The notes beneath the pieces are model-generated. The model was not told the DNA's origin. It saw only the letters and a program-made list of their open reading frames with translations, and searched no databases. This document shows positions 29,924 through 39,917 of a stretch of 64,000 nt of DNA, in pieces. The first letter of the stretch is position 1. Each line of letters starts with the position of its first letter. Both the position numbers and the translations under genes were made by a program. Origin of the DNA: Elusimicrobiota bacterium (GTDB lineage: Bacteria; Elusimicrobiota; Elusimicrobia; F11); the NCBI GenBank assembly GCA_044221725.1, contig JBGAON010000002.1:192001-256000 (forward strand). The letters run 5' to 3'.

Positions 29924-30942
29924 AAAACCGAACGCCTGGACCTTTGCGAGTGGGAATTATTGGCCTTGGTGTCGGCGAACAACATATTGCGGGTTTCAAT
30001 CGCAGCCCCGGTTGTGTGGTGAGGTCGGTGTGCGATGTGTCCGATGAGAAGATCGCTATGGCGCGCGCCAAATATCCAACGATAAAAGTCACAAATAATC
30101 CGGATGATATTCTCGGGGACACGGAGATCGACATCGTATCCGTCGCGTCGTTTGATGAAGCGCATTTTGTTCAGATAAAGAAAGCTTTCGCCCATAACAA
30201 GCATGTGTTCGTTGAAAAGCCGGTTTGTCGAACGCTGGAGGAAATCGCAGCGGTCAAGGAAATGTGGGAAAAGAATCGCGGTCGTTTGAAAATTTCGTCC
30301 AATTTGATTTTGCGCGCGGCACCGCTCTACAAGTGGCTGCGCAGAGAGATCGAATTGGGAACGTTCGGGAAAATCTATTCGTTTGATGCCGATTATCTTT
30401 ATGGCCGCATCGAGAAAATTACGAACGGTTGGAGAAAAAATACGCCGTTCTACTCCGTTATGCTCGGAGGCGGAATCCATATGATCGATTTGATGTTGTG
30501 GCTCACAAACGAGCGGCCTGTGAAAATTTATGGTCTCGGAAACAAGTTTTGCACGAAAGGAACCGCGTTCAAACCGAACGACTTCTCGTCCGCCACGATG
30601 CGTTTTCGGTCATCCATGGTCGGCCGCATCACGGCCAACTTTGGATGCGTTCACCGGCACCATCACGCGATGCGTATTTTCGGAACCAAGCGCACATTCA
30701 TTTACGACGACGCGGGGCCGCGATGGCACGTGACGCGGGATCCGTCGCGCGTGGCCGAGCCGATTTCGGAAAATCCGCTTCCCGGGGCGAAAGGCGATCT
30801 TATTCCTGATTTTGTTGCGTCGATTGTTGAGAGCCGAAACACAAACAAAGAAACGCAGATGATGTTCGACGGTCTTTCGATTGCCGGTGCTTGCGACCGT
30901 TCCATCAAATCCAAAAAAGAGGAGCTCATTCGATACCTATGA
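29920..30942 (+). CDS. Gfo/Idh/MocA oxidoreductase
   Basis: VGIIGLGVG, HVFVEKP, GGIHMID. Confidence 0.88.
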   Translation: MKNRTPGPLRVGIIGLGVGEQHIAGFNRSPGCVVRSVCDVSDEKIAMARAKYPTIKVTNNPDDILGDTEIDIVSVASFDEAHFVQIKKAFAHNKHVFVEKPVCRTLEEIAAVKEMWEKNRGRLKISSNLILRAAPLYKWLRREIELGTFGKIYSFDADYLYGRIEKITNGWRKNTPFYSVMLGGGIHMIDLMLWLTNERPVKIYGLGNKFCTKGTAFKPNDFSSATMRFRSSMVGRITANFGCVHRHHHAMRIFGTKRTFIYDDAGPRWHVTRDPSRVAEPISENPLPGAKGDLIPDFVASIVESRNTNKETQMMFDGLSIAGACDRSIKSKKEELIRYL

Positions 30943-32096
30943 CGACACGTTCAATTCCTTTTGGCCGGCCGTGGATCACGGACGCCGAAAAACAAGCGGT
31001 GCTGCGGATTCTCAGCGGCGATATTTTGACGCACGGTCCCGAAAACAAACAGTTCGAATCCGATTTTTCAAACTTTGTTGGCGATGGGGCGCACTGCATT
31101 GCGGTGAGCTCCGGAATGGCCGCGCTGCACCTGTCGTATTTGCAAATGGGAATCGGGCCCGGTGACGAAGTAATTGCGCCGGCGTCCACGCACACGGCCA
31201 CCGCGCACGCGATTGAAATGGTGGGAGCGCGGCCCGTGTTTGTCGATTGCGATCCGCGCACCGGGAATATCGATCCGGCTCTTTTGGAAAAGGCGCTCAC
31301 GCCGAAAACAAAAGCGCTCACGCTCGTCCACTTCCTTGGCATTCCATGCGACATGGAGAAAATTATGGATTTCGCGAATCACCACAAACTCAAGGTCGTG
31401 GAAGATTGCGCGCTGGCCATTGGCTCGCGCTTTAAAAAGAAGCACGTGGGTTTGTTCGGTGTGTCCGGATGTTTTTCGTTTTATCCGGTGAAACAAATCA
31501 CGACCGGCGAGGGCGGAATGTTCATCACGGCGCACAAAGATGTGGCCGACCGCGTGCAAAAGCTTCGTGCCTTTGGCGTGGATCGCAGTTTCGCCGAACG
31601 CACAATGCCCGGTATGTACGACGTGATCACACTGGGTCTTAATTACCGCATGAGCGATATCAACGCGGCCATCGGTCGCGTGCAAGTGCAGCGGTTGCCG
31701 GAGATCATGAAGCGCCGCCGGGAAAACTTTGAACGGCTGAAAAAAGCCGTTTCTAAAGCCAGTTCCATCCGCGTGCTGGACAGTCAATCGGCGGACGCTA
31801 TGAATAGTCATTACTGCATGAGCGTCGTCTTCGAGGGAAAACTCGTTGGGCGCCGCTTGGAGATTGTAAACAAGCTCAAGGAAATGGGGGTTGGTACCAG
31901 CGTTTATTACCCGCAGCCGGTTCCGCGCATGTCGTATTACAAAAACAAATATGGATACGACCCCAAACGCTTTCCCAACGCCGAGGCGATCAGTGACCAT
32001 TCGATCGCGCTTCCGGTGGGGCCGCATCTATCAAACGACGACCTCGATTATGTGGGCGAATCGTTCGTGAAGGTCGTAACGGAGATATTGAAATGA
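30939..32096 (+). CDS. DegT/DnrJ/EryC1/StrS sugar aminotransferase (second copy)
   Basis: SSGMAALHL, EDCALA, FSFYPVKQITTGEGG, LGLNYRMSD; ATG 30939. Confidence 0.92.
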   Translation: MTTRSIPFGRPWITDAEKQAVLRILSGDILTHGPENKQFESDFSNFVGDGAHCIAVSSGMAALHLSYLQMGIGPGDEVIAPASTHTATAHAIEMVGARPVFVDCDPRTGNIDPALLEKALTPKTKALTLVHFLGIPCDMEKIMDFANHHKLKVVEDCALAIGSRFKKKHVGLFGVSGCFSFYPVKQITTGEGGMFITAHKDVADRVQKLRAFGVDRSFAERTMPGMYDVITLGLNYRMSDINAAIGRVQVQRLPEIMKRRRENFERLKKAVSKASSIRVLDSQSADAMNSHYCMSVVFEGKLVGRRLEIVNKLKEMGVGTSVYYPQPVPRMSYYKNKYGYDPKRFPNAEAISDHSIALPVGPHLSNDDLDYVGESFVKVVTEILK

Positions 32097-33127
32097 GCGC
32101 AGATATCGAATTAAAAAAACGTCGCATTGTTCTCGTGGGAGGGGCGGGGTTCATCGGGCACAACCTCGCGATGTATCTCACGCGATTGGGAGCCGAGGTT
32201 CACATTATTGACGGGCTGCAAGTGAACAATCTGCTGTGGTTCTCCTCCGGATATTCGGGTGGTTCAAACAGTGAGATGTATTTGAAATTCATCAATCAAC
32301 GGTTGGATATGCTGAAGAAAGAGAAAATCCCACTCTACGTTCAGGATGTCCGCGATTATCACGCGTTCACGCGGTTGATGGGGAATATCAAACCGCATGT
32401 CGTCGTTCACTTGGCGGCGGTGTCTCACGCGGGCCGCTCGAACAAAGATCCGTACAGCACATTCGATCACAGCTTGCGGACGCTCGAGAACGCACTCGAC
32501 ATGAGCCGCGGCTCGATTGAACATTTCATTTATTTTTCGTCGAGCATGGTGTACGGAAATTTTCTTACGCCGGAAGTCGACGAGAAACACGTGTTGGAGC
32601 CGATCGGTATTTACGGCGCATTGAAGGTGGCCGGCGAGAAGATGGTGATTGCGTACAACCAAGTGTTCGATTTGCCTTACACCATTATTCGGCCGTCGGC
32701 GCTGTACGGTCCACGCTGCGTCAGTGGTCGCGTGGGGCAGCTTTTTATCGAGGCGGCGCTGGCCGAGAAGCCTCTTAAAGTCTACGGCGACGGTAAAGAA
32801 AAACTCGATTTCACGTACATCGACGATCTTTGCCACGGCGTGGCGTTGACAATTCAAAAGCCGGCGGCGAAGAATCAAATTTTCAATCTGACCTACGGCC
32901 AGTCGCGCTCCGTTGATGAACTTCTGAGTATTCTTAAAAAAGAGTTTCCAAAAATGAAAATCGAACAGTTGGACCGCGACAAGTTAATGCCGTTCCGCGG
33001 CACGCTGAGCATCGAAAAAGCACGCCAACTTCTCGGATACAAGCCGGATCATCCCATTGAAATCGGATTCCCAAAATATGTTGACTGGTATCGGTCGTTG
33101 TTGAAAGGCGAAATAGGGTCAAAATGA
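32093..33127 (+). CDS. NAD-dependent NDP-sugar epimerase/dehydratase
   Basis: GGAGFIG, HLAA, SSSMVYG, YGALK, RPSALYGP, DFTYIDD. Confidence 0.9.
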   Translation: MSADIELKKRRIVLVGGAGFIGHNLAMYLTRLGAEVHIIDGLQVNNLLWFSSGYSGGSNSEMYLKFINQRLDMLKKEKIPLYVQDVRDYHAFTRLMGNIKPHVVVHLAAVSHAGRSNKDPYSTFDHSLRTLENALDMSRGSIEHFIYFSSSMVYGNFLTPEVDEKHVLEPIGIYGALKVAGEKMVIAYNQVFDLPYTIIRPSALYGPRCVSGRVGQLFIEAALAEKPLKVYGDGKEKLDFTYIDDLCHGVALTIQKPAAKNQIFNLTYGQSRSVDELLSILKKEFPKMKIEQLDRDKLMPFRGTLSIEKARQLLGYKPDHPIEIGFPKYVDWYRSLLKGEIGSK

Positions 33128-34065
33128 AAATTGTCTTCTGGGGCAACGGGACGCGCGGGGAGAAATGCCTGCAGGCCATTGTGTCGGCGGGCTTTGACGT
33201 TGCTTGTGTTGTGCTTCATCCATCCAAAGGAAAACCGTCGGCGCTCTTTCACGAAGCGCAGCAACTGGGTCTGAACATCGTAACTCCGGACGATCCTCAC
33301 GCGCCCGATGTCGTGTCTCAACTCAAATCTCTAAACGCCGATGTATTCGTGTTGGCTGGTTACGGAAAAATTATCGATGCGCGACTAATTGATATTCCAA
33401 AGAAAATGACCATCAATCTGCACGCTGGAAAATTGCCGGAGTATCGCGGGTCGTCGCCTCTTAACTGGGCGCTCATCAACGGGCAATCGAGCGTGACATT
33501 GTCGGTCATAAAGGTGGATCCTGGCGTCGACAGTGGCGACGTGCTCGTCGAAAAGAGAATTCCGGTCAACACGAAAACCACGATTCGCGACGTGCACGAC
33601 AAAGCCAATGTCTGTTTCCCCCAGTTATTGAGCGGAATTTTAGAGAAGCTTTCAAAAAACAAGAAGATTCCAGTCCGCAAGCAGGATCCAAAAAAAGCCG
33701 GTTATTACCCACTGCGTTTCCCGGAAGACGGAATCATCTTGTGGGACACGCTCACACACATGCAAATCCACAACCGGATTCGCGCGTTGACCGAGCCTTA
33801 TCCGATGGCGTTCACTTATTTCAATGGTCGCCGCGTCAATTTGTTGGCGTCCGAAATTTACGAAAAGCAATTTTTCGGTGAACCGGGGCGAATTTATTTG
33901 AAAACGTCGCGCGGACTTTTGATTGGCGCGCAAGATCGCTGTTTGTGGATCACGAGCGCGGTGTTTGCCGATAACGGGAAACCGCTGGCAGACGAAGTGA
34001 AGCGTTATGATTCGCTTGCGACGGTGCGCGGGGCCGTCGCGCAGTGGCAGGAAAACTTGAAATGA
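33124..34065 (+). CDS. Sugar N-formyltransferase (Fmt-like, N- and C-terminal domains)
   Basis: INLHAGKLPEYRGSSPLNWALING, VDSGD, IRALTEPYP. Confidence 0.85.
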   Translation: MKIVFWGNGTRGEKCLQAIVSAGFDVACVVLHPSKGKPSALFHEAQQLGLNIVTPDDPHAPDVVSQLKSLNADVFVLAGYGKIIDARLIDIPKKMTINLHAGKLPEYRGSSPLNWALINGQSSVTLSVIKVDPGVDSGDVLVEKRIPVNTKTTIRDVHDKANVCFPQLLSGILEKLSKNKKIPVRKQDPKKAGYYPLRFPEDGIILWDTLTHMQIHNRIRALTEPYPMAFTYFNGRRVNLLASEIYEKQFFGEPGRIYLKTSRGLLIGAQDRCLWITSAVFADNGKPLADEVKRYDSLATVRGAVAQWQENLK

Positions 34066-35063
34066 AAATCGGAAACGTCGACACCGATAAGAAAGTGCTG
34101 ATTGTGGCTGAGATAGGAAATAATCACGAGGGAAATTTTGAGGTTGCGCAAAAGTTGCTGCAGCAGGCGGTCGCTTGCGGCGTGGATGCCGTGAAATTCC
34201 AAACATTCCGGACCGAGCATTATGTAGCGCGATCGGACGAGTCGCGGTTTAATCGCTTAAAGTCGTTTGAATTCACGGCCGATCAATTCCGTTTGTTGGA
34301 AAAACTCGCGCGGTCGTTGAACGTGTTGTTCCTTTCGACACCGTTTGACCTTGTTAGTGTGGACGTGCTCGCACCGCTCGTTGATGCGTTTAAAGTTTCC
34401 AGTGGTGACTTTTCATTTTTTCCGTTGATCGCGCGCGTACTCAAAACAAAGAAGCCGGTTATTTTCTCCACGGGTGTGAGCGACGTGGCGCTCATCGACG
34501 AAGTAGCGAAATTCGTCCGCAACGAAGCTGCGGATCCCAGTAAGATTGCTTTTCTGCACTGCGTGAGCAGCTATCCGGTTCCACCCGAACAGGCAAACCT
34601 CAACTCCATTTCGTTTCTAAAAAATCATGTTCCGTTCACGGTCGGATACTCGGATCATACGATTGGCGTGGAGGCCGCCGTGGCCTCGGTGGCCGCGGGT
34701 GCCCGAATTGTCGAAAAACATTTTACGCTCGATAAAAACTACTCGTCGTTTCGCGACCATCAATTGTCCGCGGACCCGGCCGACATGAAACTTATGGTTC
34801 AACGAATTCGGCTCGTTGAGTCGATGCTGGGAAACGAGGGAAAAACGGTTCAGCCAAGTGAGGAGGCCGGCGTAATTGCGTTTCGTCGCTCCATCGTGGC
34901 GGCAAAAGATTTGTCAAAAGGATCGGTCATTCAAGCGGATGATTTGACCTGGGTTCGCCCCGCCGGTGGGTTGGCTCCGGGCAGGGAGAGTTTGTTGATC
35001 GGAAAGAAATTGGTGCGCGATGTCAGCGCTGGGCATCGCTTTGAGGCTGGTGATGTCCATTAA
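34062..35063 (+). CDS. Nonulosonic acid synthase (NeuB/SpsE family, SAF domain)
   Basis: VAEIGNNHEG, VKFQT, STPFD, LHCVSSYP, GYSDHT, EKHFTL, C-terminal SAF (RRSIVA...RPAGG). Confidence 0.93.
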   Translation: MKIGNVDTDKKVLIVAEIGNNHEGNFEVAQKLLQQAVACGVDAVKFQTFRTEHYVARSDESRFNRLKSFEFTADQFRLLEKLARSLNVLFLSTPFDLVSVDVLAPLVDAFKVSSGDFSFFPLIARVLKTKKPVIFSTGVSDVALIDEVAKFVRNEAADPSKIAFLHCVSSYPVPPEQANLNSISFLKNHVPFTVGYSDHTIGVEAAVASVAAGARIVEKHFTLDKNYSSFRDHQLSADPADMKLMVQRIRLVESMLGNEGKTVQPSEEAGVIAFRRSIVAAKDLSKGSVIQADDLTWVRPAGGLAPGRESLLIGKKLVRDVSAGHRFEAGDVH

Positions 35064-35769
35064 TATCGTTTTGTTAACCACGGACACCAGTCATCATTTG
35101 TATTTCGCGTGGAAGATTCACGAGCGTTTTCCGTTGACCGGAATTTTGACGGAGACGAACGTGTTGAAAGCCGGCTTCGACACCGCGCATCCGTTGGAAA
35201 ACAAACGCGACGAATTTGAACGTTCGACGTTGCTAAAAGGTGCGCCCGCGACCCTTCGCGATATTGCCGAAACTGTTGGGGTCGGGAACACAAACGATGC
35301 GGACGCGCTGGTGCGTTTGAACCGTTGGGCGCCCGATTGGATTTTGGTGTTCGGTACGGGATTGCTGAAAAAAGCGGTGATTCAAAAACCCAAGAAAGGG
35401 ATTCTCAATCTTCATGGTGGGGATTCCGAGCGTTACCGCGGGCTTGATAGTCACTATTGGACGATCTATCACCGCGATTTTGCGCATCTGACGACCACGT
35501 TGCACGTTGTTGACGAGACATTTGATACCGGAAACATCGTTGGCCAAAAAACGTTGGCGCTTAAGCGCGGTATGGAACTGTTTCAACTGCGCGCATTAAA
35601 CACGCAGGCTTGCGTGGATCTCAGCTTAATGGCGCTTGAGGAAGCCGCAACAACATCCGCGGTGCGCTCGCGCAAACAAAAAGAGCAGGGCCGATATTAT
35701 TCGTTTATGCCATCGGTTCTCAAAGACGTTTGCGTGAAAAACTTCAACGAGCATGTGGCACGTCTATGA
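35053..35769 (+). CDS. Second formyltransferase-family protein (N-terminal domain only)
   Basis: ILNLHGGDSERYRGLDSHYW, FDTGNI; ATG 35053. Confidence 0.8.
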   Translation: MSINIVLLTTDTSHHLYFAWKIHERFPLTGILTETNVLKAGFDTAHPLENKRDEFERSTLLKGAPATLRDIAETVGVGNTNDADALVRLNRWAPDWILVFGTGLLKKAVIQKPKKGILNLHGGDSERYRGLDSHYWTIYHRDFAHLTTTLHVVDETFDTGNIVGQKTLALKRGMELFQLRALNTQACVDLSLMALEEAATTSAVRSRKQKEQGRYYSFMPSVLKDVCVKNFNEHVARL

Positions 35770-36674
35770 GAAGCTACGCAAAACAATTGGATGAGAAAAA
35801 ACTGCTGATCTTGCTTTTTCATGGTGTGATTCCGAAGAACGAACATCCGGTGCGTAACTACACGGCCAAACACATCACGCGCTCGTATTTTTCTGCGATT
35901 CTCAAAGATCTTACGGACGCCGGTGGCGTTGGCCTTTCGATGGCAAACGTTTTGGCGTTGCGGGAAAGGAATAATCCGTGGCCGCGACGCGCTTTCGCGA
36001 TTACGTTCGATGACGGATTCGAAAATAATTTCAGTGTGGCCGCGCCGATTCTTGAGCAAATGAAAATTCCGGCGACGTTCTATGTCACGACGAAATTTGT
36101 TGACGCGGGAGAGTGTTCGTGGATCGATCGAATCGAATACGCCGTGGAGATGGCCGCGGTTTGCAAAATCGATTATCCCGAACTGAAAATTCTGGGCACA
36201 TTTAAATCGGATTCCGAGAAGATCGAGCTTTTGAAACAAATCCGCGCTCAAGTGAAGTCCAATAAAAGCGTGGATCCGTACGAAGTGGCCGATGAGATCA
36301 ATCGCCAATGCGGTGCGAAGGCAATGGTTCCCGATCGATATTTGGACGCGAAGATGAGTTGGGATCAGGTGCGCGCGCTGCAGAAAAATCCGCTGTTTAC
36401 CGTCGGCGGACATGGGCATACGCATCGCATTCTCTCGTACTTGAGCGGGAACGATCTCAAAAGCGAATTGGACAAAAGCTTCGATCTGTTAAAAAAGAAT
36501 CTTGCCTCCCCGATCGAGCATTACTCGTATCCCGAAGGCCTCAAGTCGTGTTACTCGTCGGCTGTCATTGATGCGCTGAAGCATCGCGGCATTCGATGTT
36601 GCCCCAGCGCCGAGGATGGCCTGAACACGATAAGCGAAGATTTGTTTGAGTTGAAGCGCGTGATGGTGAACTAG
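35766..36674 (+). CDS. Polysaccharide deacetylase (NodB-like)
   Basis: LFHGV, ITFDDG, ATFYV, GGHGHTH, SYPEG. Confidence 0.88.
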   Translation: MRSYAKQLDEKKLLILLFHGVIPKNEHPVRNYTAKHITRSYFSAILKDLTDAGGVGLSMANVLALRERNNPWPRRAFAITFDDGFENNFSVAAPILEQMKIPATFYVTTKFVDAGECSWIDRIEYAVEMAAVCKIDYPELKILGTFKSDSEKIELLKQIRAQVKSNKSVDPYEVADEINRQCGAKAMVPDRYLDAKMSWDQVRALQKNPLFTVGGHGHTHRILSYLSGNDLKSELDKSFDLLKKNLASPIEHYSYPEGLKSCYSSAVIDALKHRGIRCCPSAEDGLNTISEDLFELKRVMVN

Positions 36675-36676
36675 CG

Positions 36677-38506
36677 ATGTGTGGTATTGCAGGATATTTT
36701 GGGCCGCGAAGAATTGACGATTCGGCGGTCGAGAATTGCCTTAAGTTAATGGGGCGCCGCGGCCCGGATCACGCTGCAGCCTATCGTTCCACACTGACCG
36801 ACAACGGAGAGGTCCTGCTTCTGCACACGCGGTTGAACATTATCGATTTGGATCCCCGATCGAATCAACCGTTCCGCGAAGGGAAAAAAGTGATCGTGTT
36901 TAACGGCGAGATCTACAACTATCTTGAAATGCGGCGGGAGCTCGAGGCGCAGGGGCGGACATTTCGAACATCATCGGACACCGAAGTTCTCATGCAGGCG
37001 ATTGAAACCGTCGGCTGGGATGCATTGGAAAAACTTGAGGGAATGTGGGCTTTCGCTTTTTACGACGAAGTTTCGAAATCGCTCGTGCTGTCGCGCGACC
37101 GGTTCGGCGAGAAGCCGCTGTACGTTTTTGAAGATGAAACGGGTTTGTACTTTGGTTCGGAAATTAAATTTATTTTCGCGCTGCTGGGGCGACGTTTGCC
37201 CGTCAATAGCAACCATGTTTGCCGTTATTTGGTGAATGGATACAAAGCGCTCTACAAAACGAACGAGCAGTTTTTCGTTGGATTGACGTCCGTCCCACGT
37301 GCCAGCTGCCAATCCATTGCCGTTGGAAATCGTTTCCATTGGACGTATTGGCAACCGCATTTCTCGCCGGACGAAAGCCTTTCGTTTGACGAGGCCGTGC
37401 ACGGTGTGCGGCACCGCCTGGAACAATCCGTGAAAATCCGTTTGCGCGCCGACGTGCCATTGGCCTTTTGTTTGAGCGGCGGTATCGATTCCAACTCAAT
37501 TATCGGCGTCGCGAAAAAAGTTTTTAACCAGGATGTTCATGCGTTCACGATCGTCACGAACGATGCGCGCTACGACGAAAATGAGATGGTCGCGGAGATG
37601 GTTCATGCGAATCATTTGAAGCATACGATCGTTTCCTTGGATCAAAAAGATTTCTTGCCGCATCTGCGCGAACAGGTTCGCTACCACGATTCGCCGGTGG
37701 CAACCATCAGTTATTACGTCCATTGGTTGCTTCAACAAGAGATTCGCCGAAACGGATATCGAATCTCGGTTAGTGGGACCGGCGCCGATGAAATATTTTC
37801 CGGCTATTTTGATCATCATCTGGCGTACCTCTATGAAATCCGCCAGGACCGCGTGCTTCACGATGCGCGACGAAAAGCCTGGGAACAAAACGTGCGGCCG
37901 CTGGTCCGCAATCCGTATCTCAGCGACGCCGATTTGTTTGTGAAGAACCGAAGCTTTCGGGATCACATCTTCTTGCAGGCGGATGATTTTTCCAATTGCT
38001 TGGTAAAACATTGGAGCGAAGCGTTTTCGGAAGAGCGTTACACAGACGATCTGCTGCGCAATCGCATGTTAAACGAAATGTTTCATGAGGTGGTCCCCGT
38101 GATCTTGCACGAGGATGACTTGAATGCAATGTATCATTCAATTGAAAACCGCTCCCCGTTTCTCGATCGCACTCTTTTTGAATTTGCGCTCAGAATTCCG
38201 ACGCGGCACCTTATCCAGAACGGTCGAGCAAAATATGTGCTGCGTGAAGCCATGCGCGGTATTGTGCCGGACGCAATCTTGGATAACGCCCGCAAGGTCG
38301 GATTTAACGCGTCAATTAATTCTCTATTGAATATGTCGGATCCACACGTGCAGACAGAATTGTTCGCCGATAGTCCTGTGTTTGATTATGTCGATCGCGA
38401 AAAGATCCGTCCGTATCTCCAAAAGGCGGCGATGCCAAACAGCGAAAGCAAATTCGTTTTTAATTTTGTGAACGCCAAATTGTTTCTTGAGGAGTTCGCG
38501 GCCTAG
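36677..38506 (+). CDS. Asparagine synthetase-like amidotransferase (second copy)
   Basis: MCGIAG, RRGPD, FNGEIYN, LSGGIDS, GTGADE, SIENRSPFLD. Confidence 0.9.
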   Translation: MCGIAGYFGPRRIDDSAVENCLKLMGRRGPDHAAAYRSTLTDNGEVLLLHTRLNIIDLDPRSNQPFREGKKVIVFNGEIYNYLEMRRELEAQGRTFRTSSDTEVLMQAIETVGWDALEKLEGMWAFAFYDEVSKSLVLSRDRFGEKPLYVFEDETGLYFGSEIKFIFALLGRRLPVNSNHVCRYLVNGYKALYKTNEQFFVGLTSVPRASCQSIAVGNRFHWTYWQPHFSPDESLSFDEAVHGVRHRLEQSVKIRLRADVPLAFCLSGGIDSNSIIGVAKKVFNQDVHAFTIVTNDARYDENEMVAEMVHANHLKHTIVSLDQKDFLPHLREQVRYHDSPVATISYYVHWLLQQEIRRNGYRISVSGTGADEIFSGYFDHHLAYLYEIRQDRVLHDARRKAWEQNVRPLVRNPYLSDADLFVKNRSFRDHIFLQADDFSNCLVKHWSEAFSEERYTDDLLRNRMLNEMFHEVVPVILHEDDLNAMYHSIENRSPFLDRTLFEFALRIPTRHLIQNGRAKYVLREAMRGIVPDAILDNARKVGFNASINSLLNMSDPHVQTELFADSPVFDYVDREKIRPYLQKAAMPNSESKFVFNFVNAKLFLEEFAA

Positions 38507-38507
38507 T

Positions 38508-39158
38508 ATGGAAACAGATTTTCAAACCCAAAAGGATACGTCCGCGTCCCGCGTTGTTGTAGTCGATTACGGGTTGGGAAATCTGCGGTCTGTGGTCGGC
38601 GCCGTCGAACGCGTTGGTTATCCGGTGACGGTGTCGAGCAGCAAGGATGATATCGCTCGCGCGACGAAGATTATTTTGCCCGGCGTGGGCGCGTTCGGAG
38701 ACGGCATGTCGAAACTAACAGAACGTGGATTGATTGATCCATTAAATCGCGCGGTCCTCGAGAAAAAGACACCGGTGTTGGGTATTTGTCTTGGGTTTCA
38801 GCTTTTCGCAAATGAAAGTTACGAATTTGGCCATCACAAGGGATTGGGATGGGTCGATGGTTCGGTGGTGCGCATTGAACCAAGCGATAAACGACTGCGC
38901 GTTCCACATGTTGGGTGGGATGATCTGGATCAGCAGGACGATAGGCTGTTCGCGGGGATTCCCGCCGATGGTTTGTTCTACTTTGTGCACAGCTTCTTCA
39001 TGAAATGCAATCAACCGGAGAATGTGAAGGCGCGCTGTCACTACGGCGTGCCGATGGACGTGGTTTTCCATCGCGAAAATATTTACGGTACGCAATTCCA
39101 TCCCGAAAAGAGTCAGCTGAATGGTTTGGTGTTGCTGAGGAATTTTCTCGATGCTTAA
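38508..39158 (+). CDS. HisH-like glutaminase of glycan acetamidino modification (WbuY/HisH2)
   Basis: DYGLGNL, LPGVGAF, GICLGFQ, PHVGW, YFVHS, QFHPEKS; adjacent to HisF2 and the amidotransferase. Confidence 0.88.
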   Translation: METDFQTQKDTSASRVVVVDYGLGNLRSVVGAVERVGYPVTVSSSKDDIARATKIILPGVGAFGDGMSKLTERGLIDPLNRAVLEKKTPVLGICLGFQLFANESYEFGHHKGLGWVDGSVVRIEPSDKRLRVPHVGWDDLDQQDDRLFAGIPADGLFYFVHSFFMKCNQPENVKARCHYGVPMDVVFHRENIYGTQFHPEKSQLNGLVLLRNFLDA

Positions 39159-39897
39159 GAAGCGTCTGATCATTGTGCTGACTTTTAATGACGGTGTTCT
39201 GTTTCGGACCAAGGTGTTTCATCCGGATTACCGGTACACCAGCAATTTCGTCGATGCGTGGTCCGTGGACGAAATTGTGATGTTGGACGTGACGCGGCCT
39301 GGAAACGGAAGCCCATCCAACTTTTACGACGCTGTGGAGCGTATGGCAAAAAAGTGTTTTGTTCCGTTGGCTGTTGGCGGTGGGGTGAGAAACATTTCTG
39401 ACTTCAAAAATCTTTTGGGTCTCGGGGCAGATAAAGTAGTAATTAATTCGCAGGCGCTCGAGACGCCGACGTTTATCTCCGAAGCAGCGAATTTGTACGG
39501 ATCGCAGTGCGTGGTTGTTTCAATCGATGCAAAAATGAACGCGTCCGGTAAATACGAGGTGTATTCGCATCAGGGAACTCGAGCGACGGGCCTTGGTCCT
39601 GTTGAATGGGCGCTGCAATCGGAGCGGGCGGGGGCCGGCGAAATACTGATCACGAGCATCGAGCGGGACGGTTCGCTCGAAGGATACGATAACCGGTTGA
39701 ACCGCATGGTGTCCGATGCGGTTGAAATCCCGGTGCTCGTTTGTGGCGGCGCGGGGAAATGGGTAGATTTCGTGGACGGTTTTGTCGAGGGCGGCGCGAG
39801 CGCCGTTTGCACGACGAACATTTATCACTTTACAGAAACAAGCATTAAGAGCGCTAAGGCTTATCTGCTGGAAAATGGAATCGATGTTCGTAAGTAG
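39151..39897 (+). CDS. HisF-like protein of glycan acetamidino modification (WbuZ/HisF2)
   Basis: HisF fold motifs (VDEIVMLDV, GGGVR, GADKV, GAGEILITSIERDG), but RLIIVLTF in place of RIIPCLDV. Confidence 0.88.
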   Translation: MLKKRLIIVLTFNDGVLFRTKVFHPDYRYTSNFVDAWSVDEIVMLDVTRPGNGSPSNFYDAVERMAKKCFVPLAVGGGVRNISDFKNLLGLGADKVVINSQALETPTFISEAANLYGSQCVVVSIDAKMNASGKYEVYSHQGTRATGLGPVEWALQSERAGAGEILITSIERDGSLEGYDNRLNRMVSDAVEIPVLVCGGAGKWVDFVDGFVEGGASAVCTTNIYHFTETSIKSAKAYLLENGIDVRK

Positions 39898-39917
39898 AGG
39901 CCGATAACAGGAATCCT

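Noticed and set aside
33124..34065. Housekeeping methionyl-tRNA formyltransferase (fmt)
   Set aside because: It lacks the FMGTP N-terminal motif, has HAGKLP instead of HxSLLP, and lies among sugar genes.
38508..39897. Duplicated histidine biosynthesis genes
   Set aside because: The context next to a PseA/WbuX-type gene and the loss of the HisF catalytic Asp indicate glycan modification.
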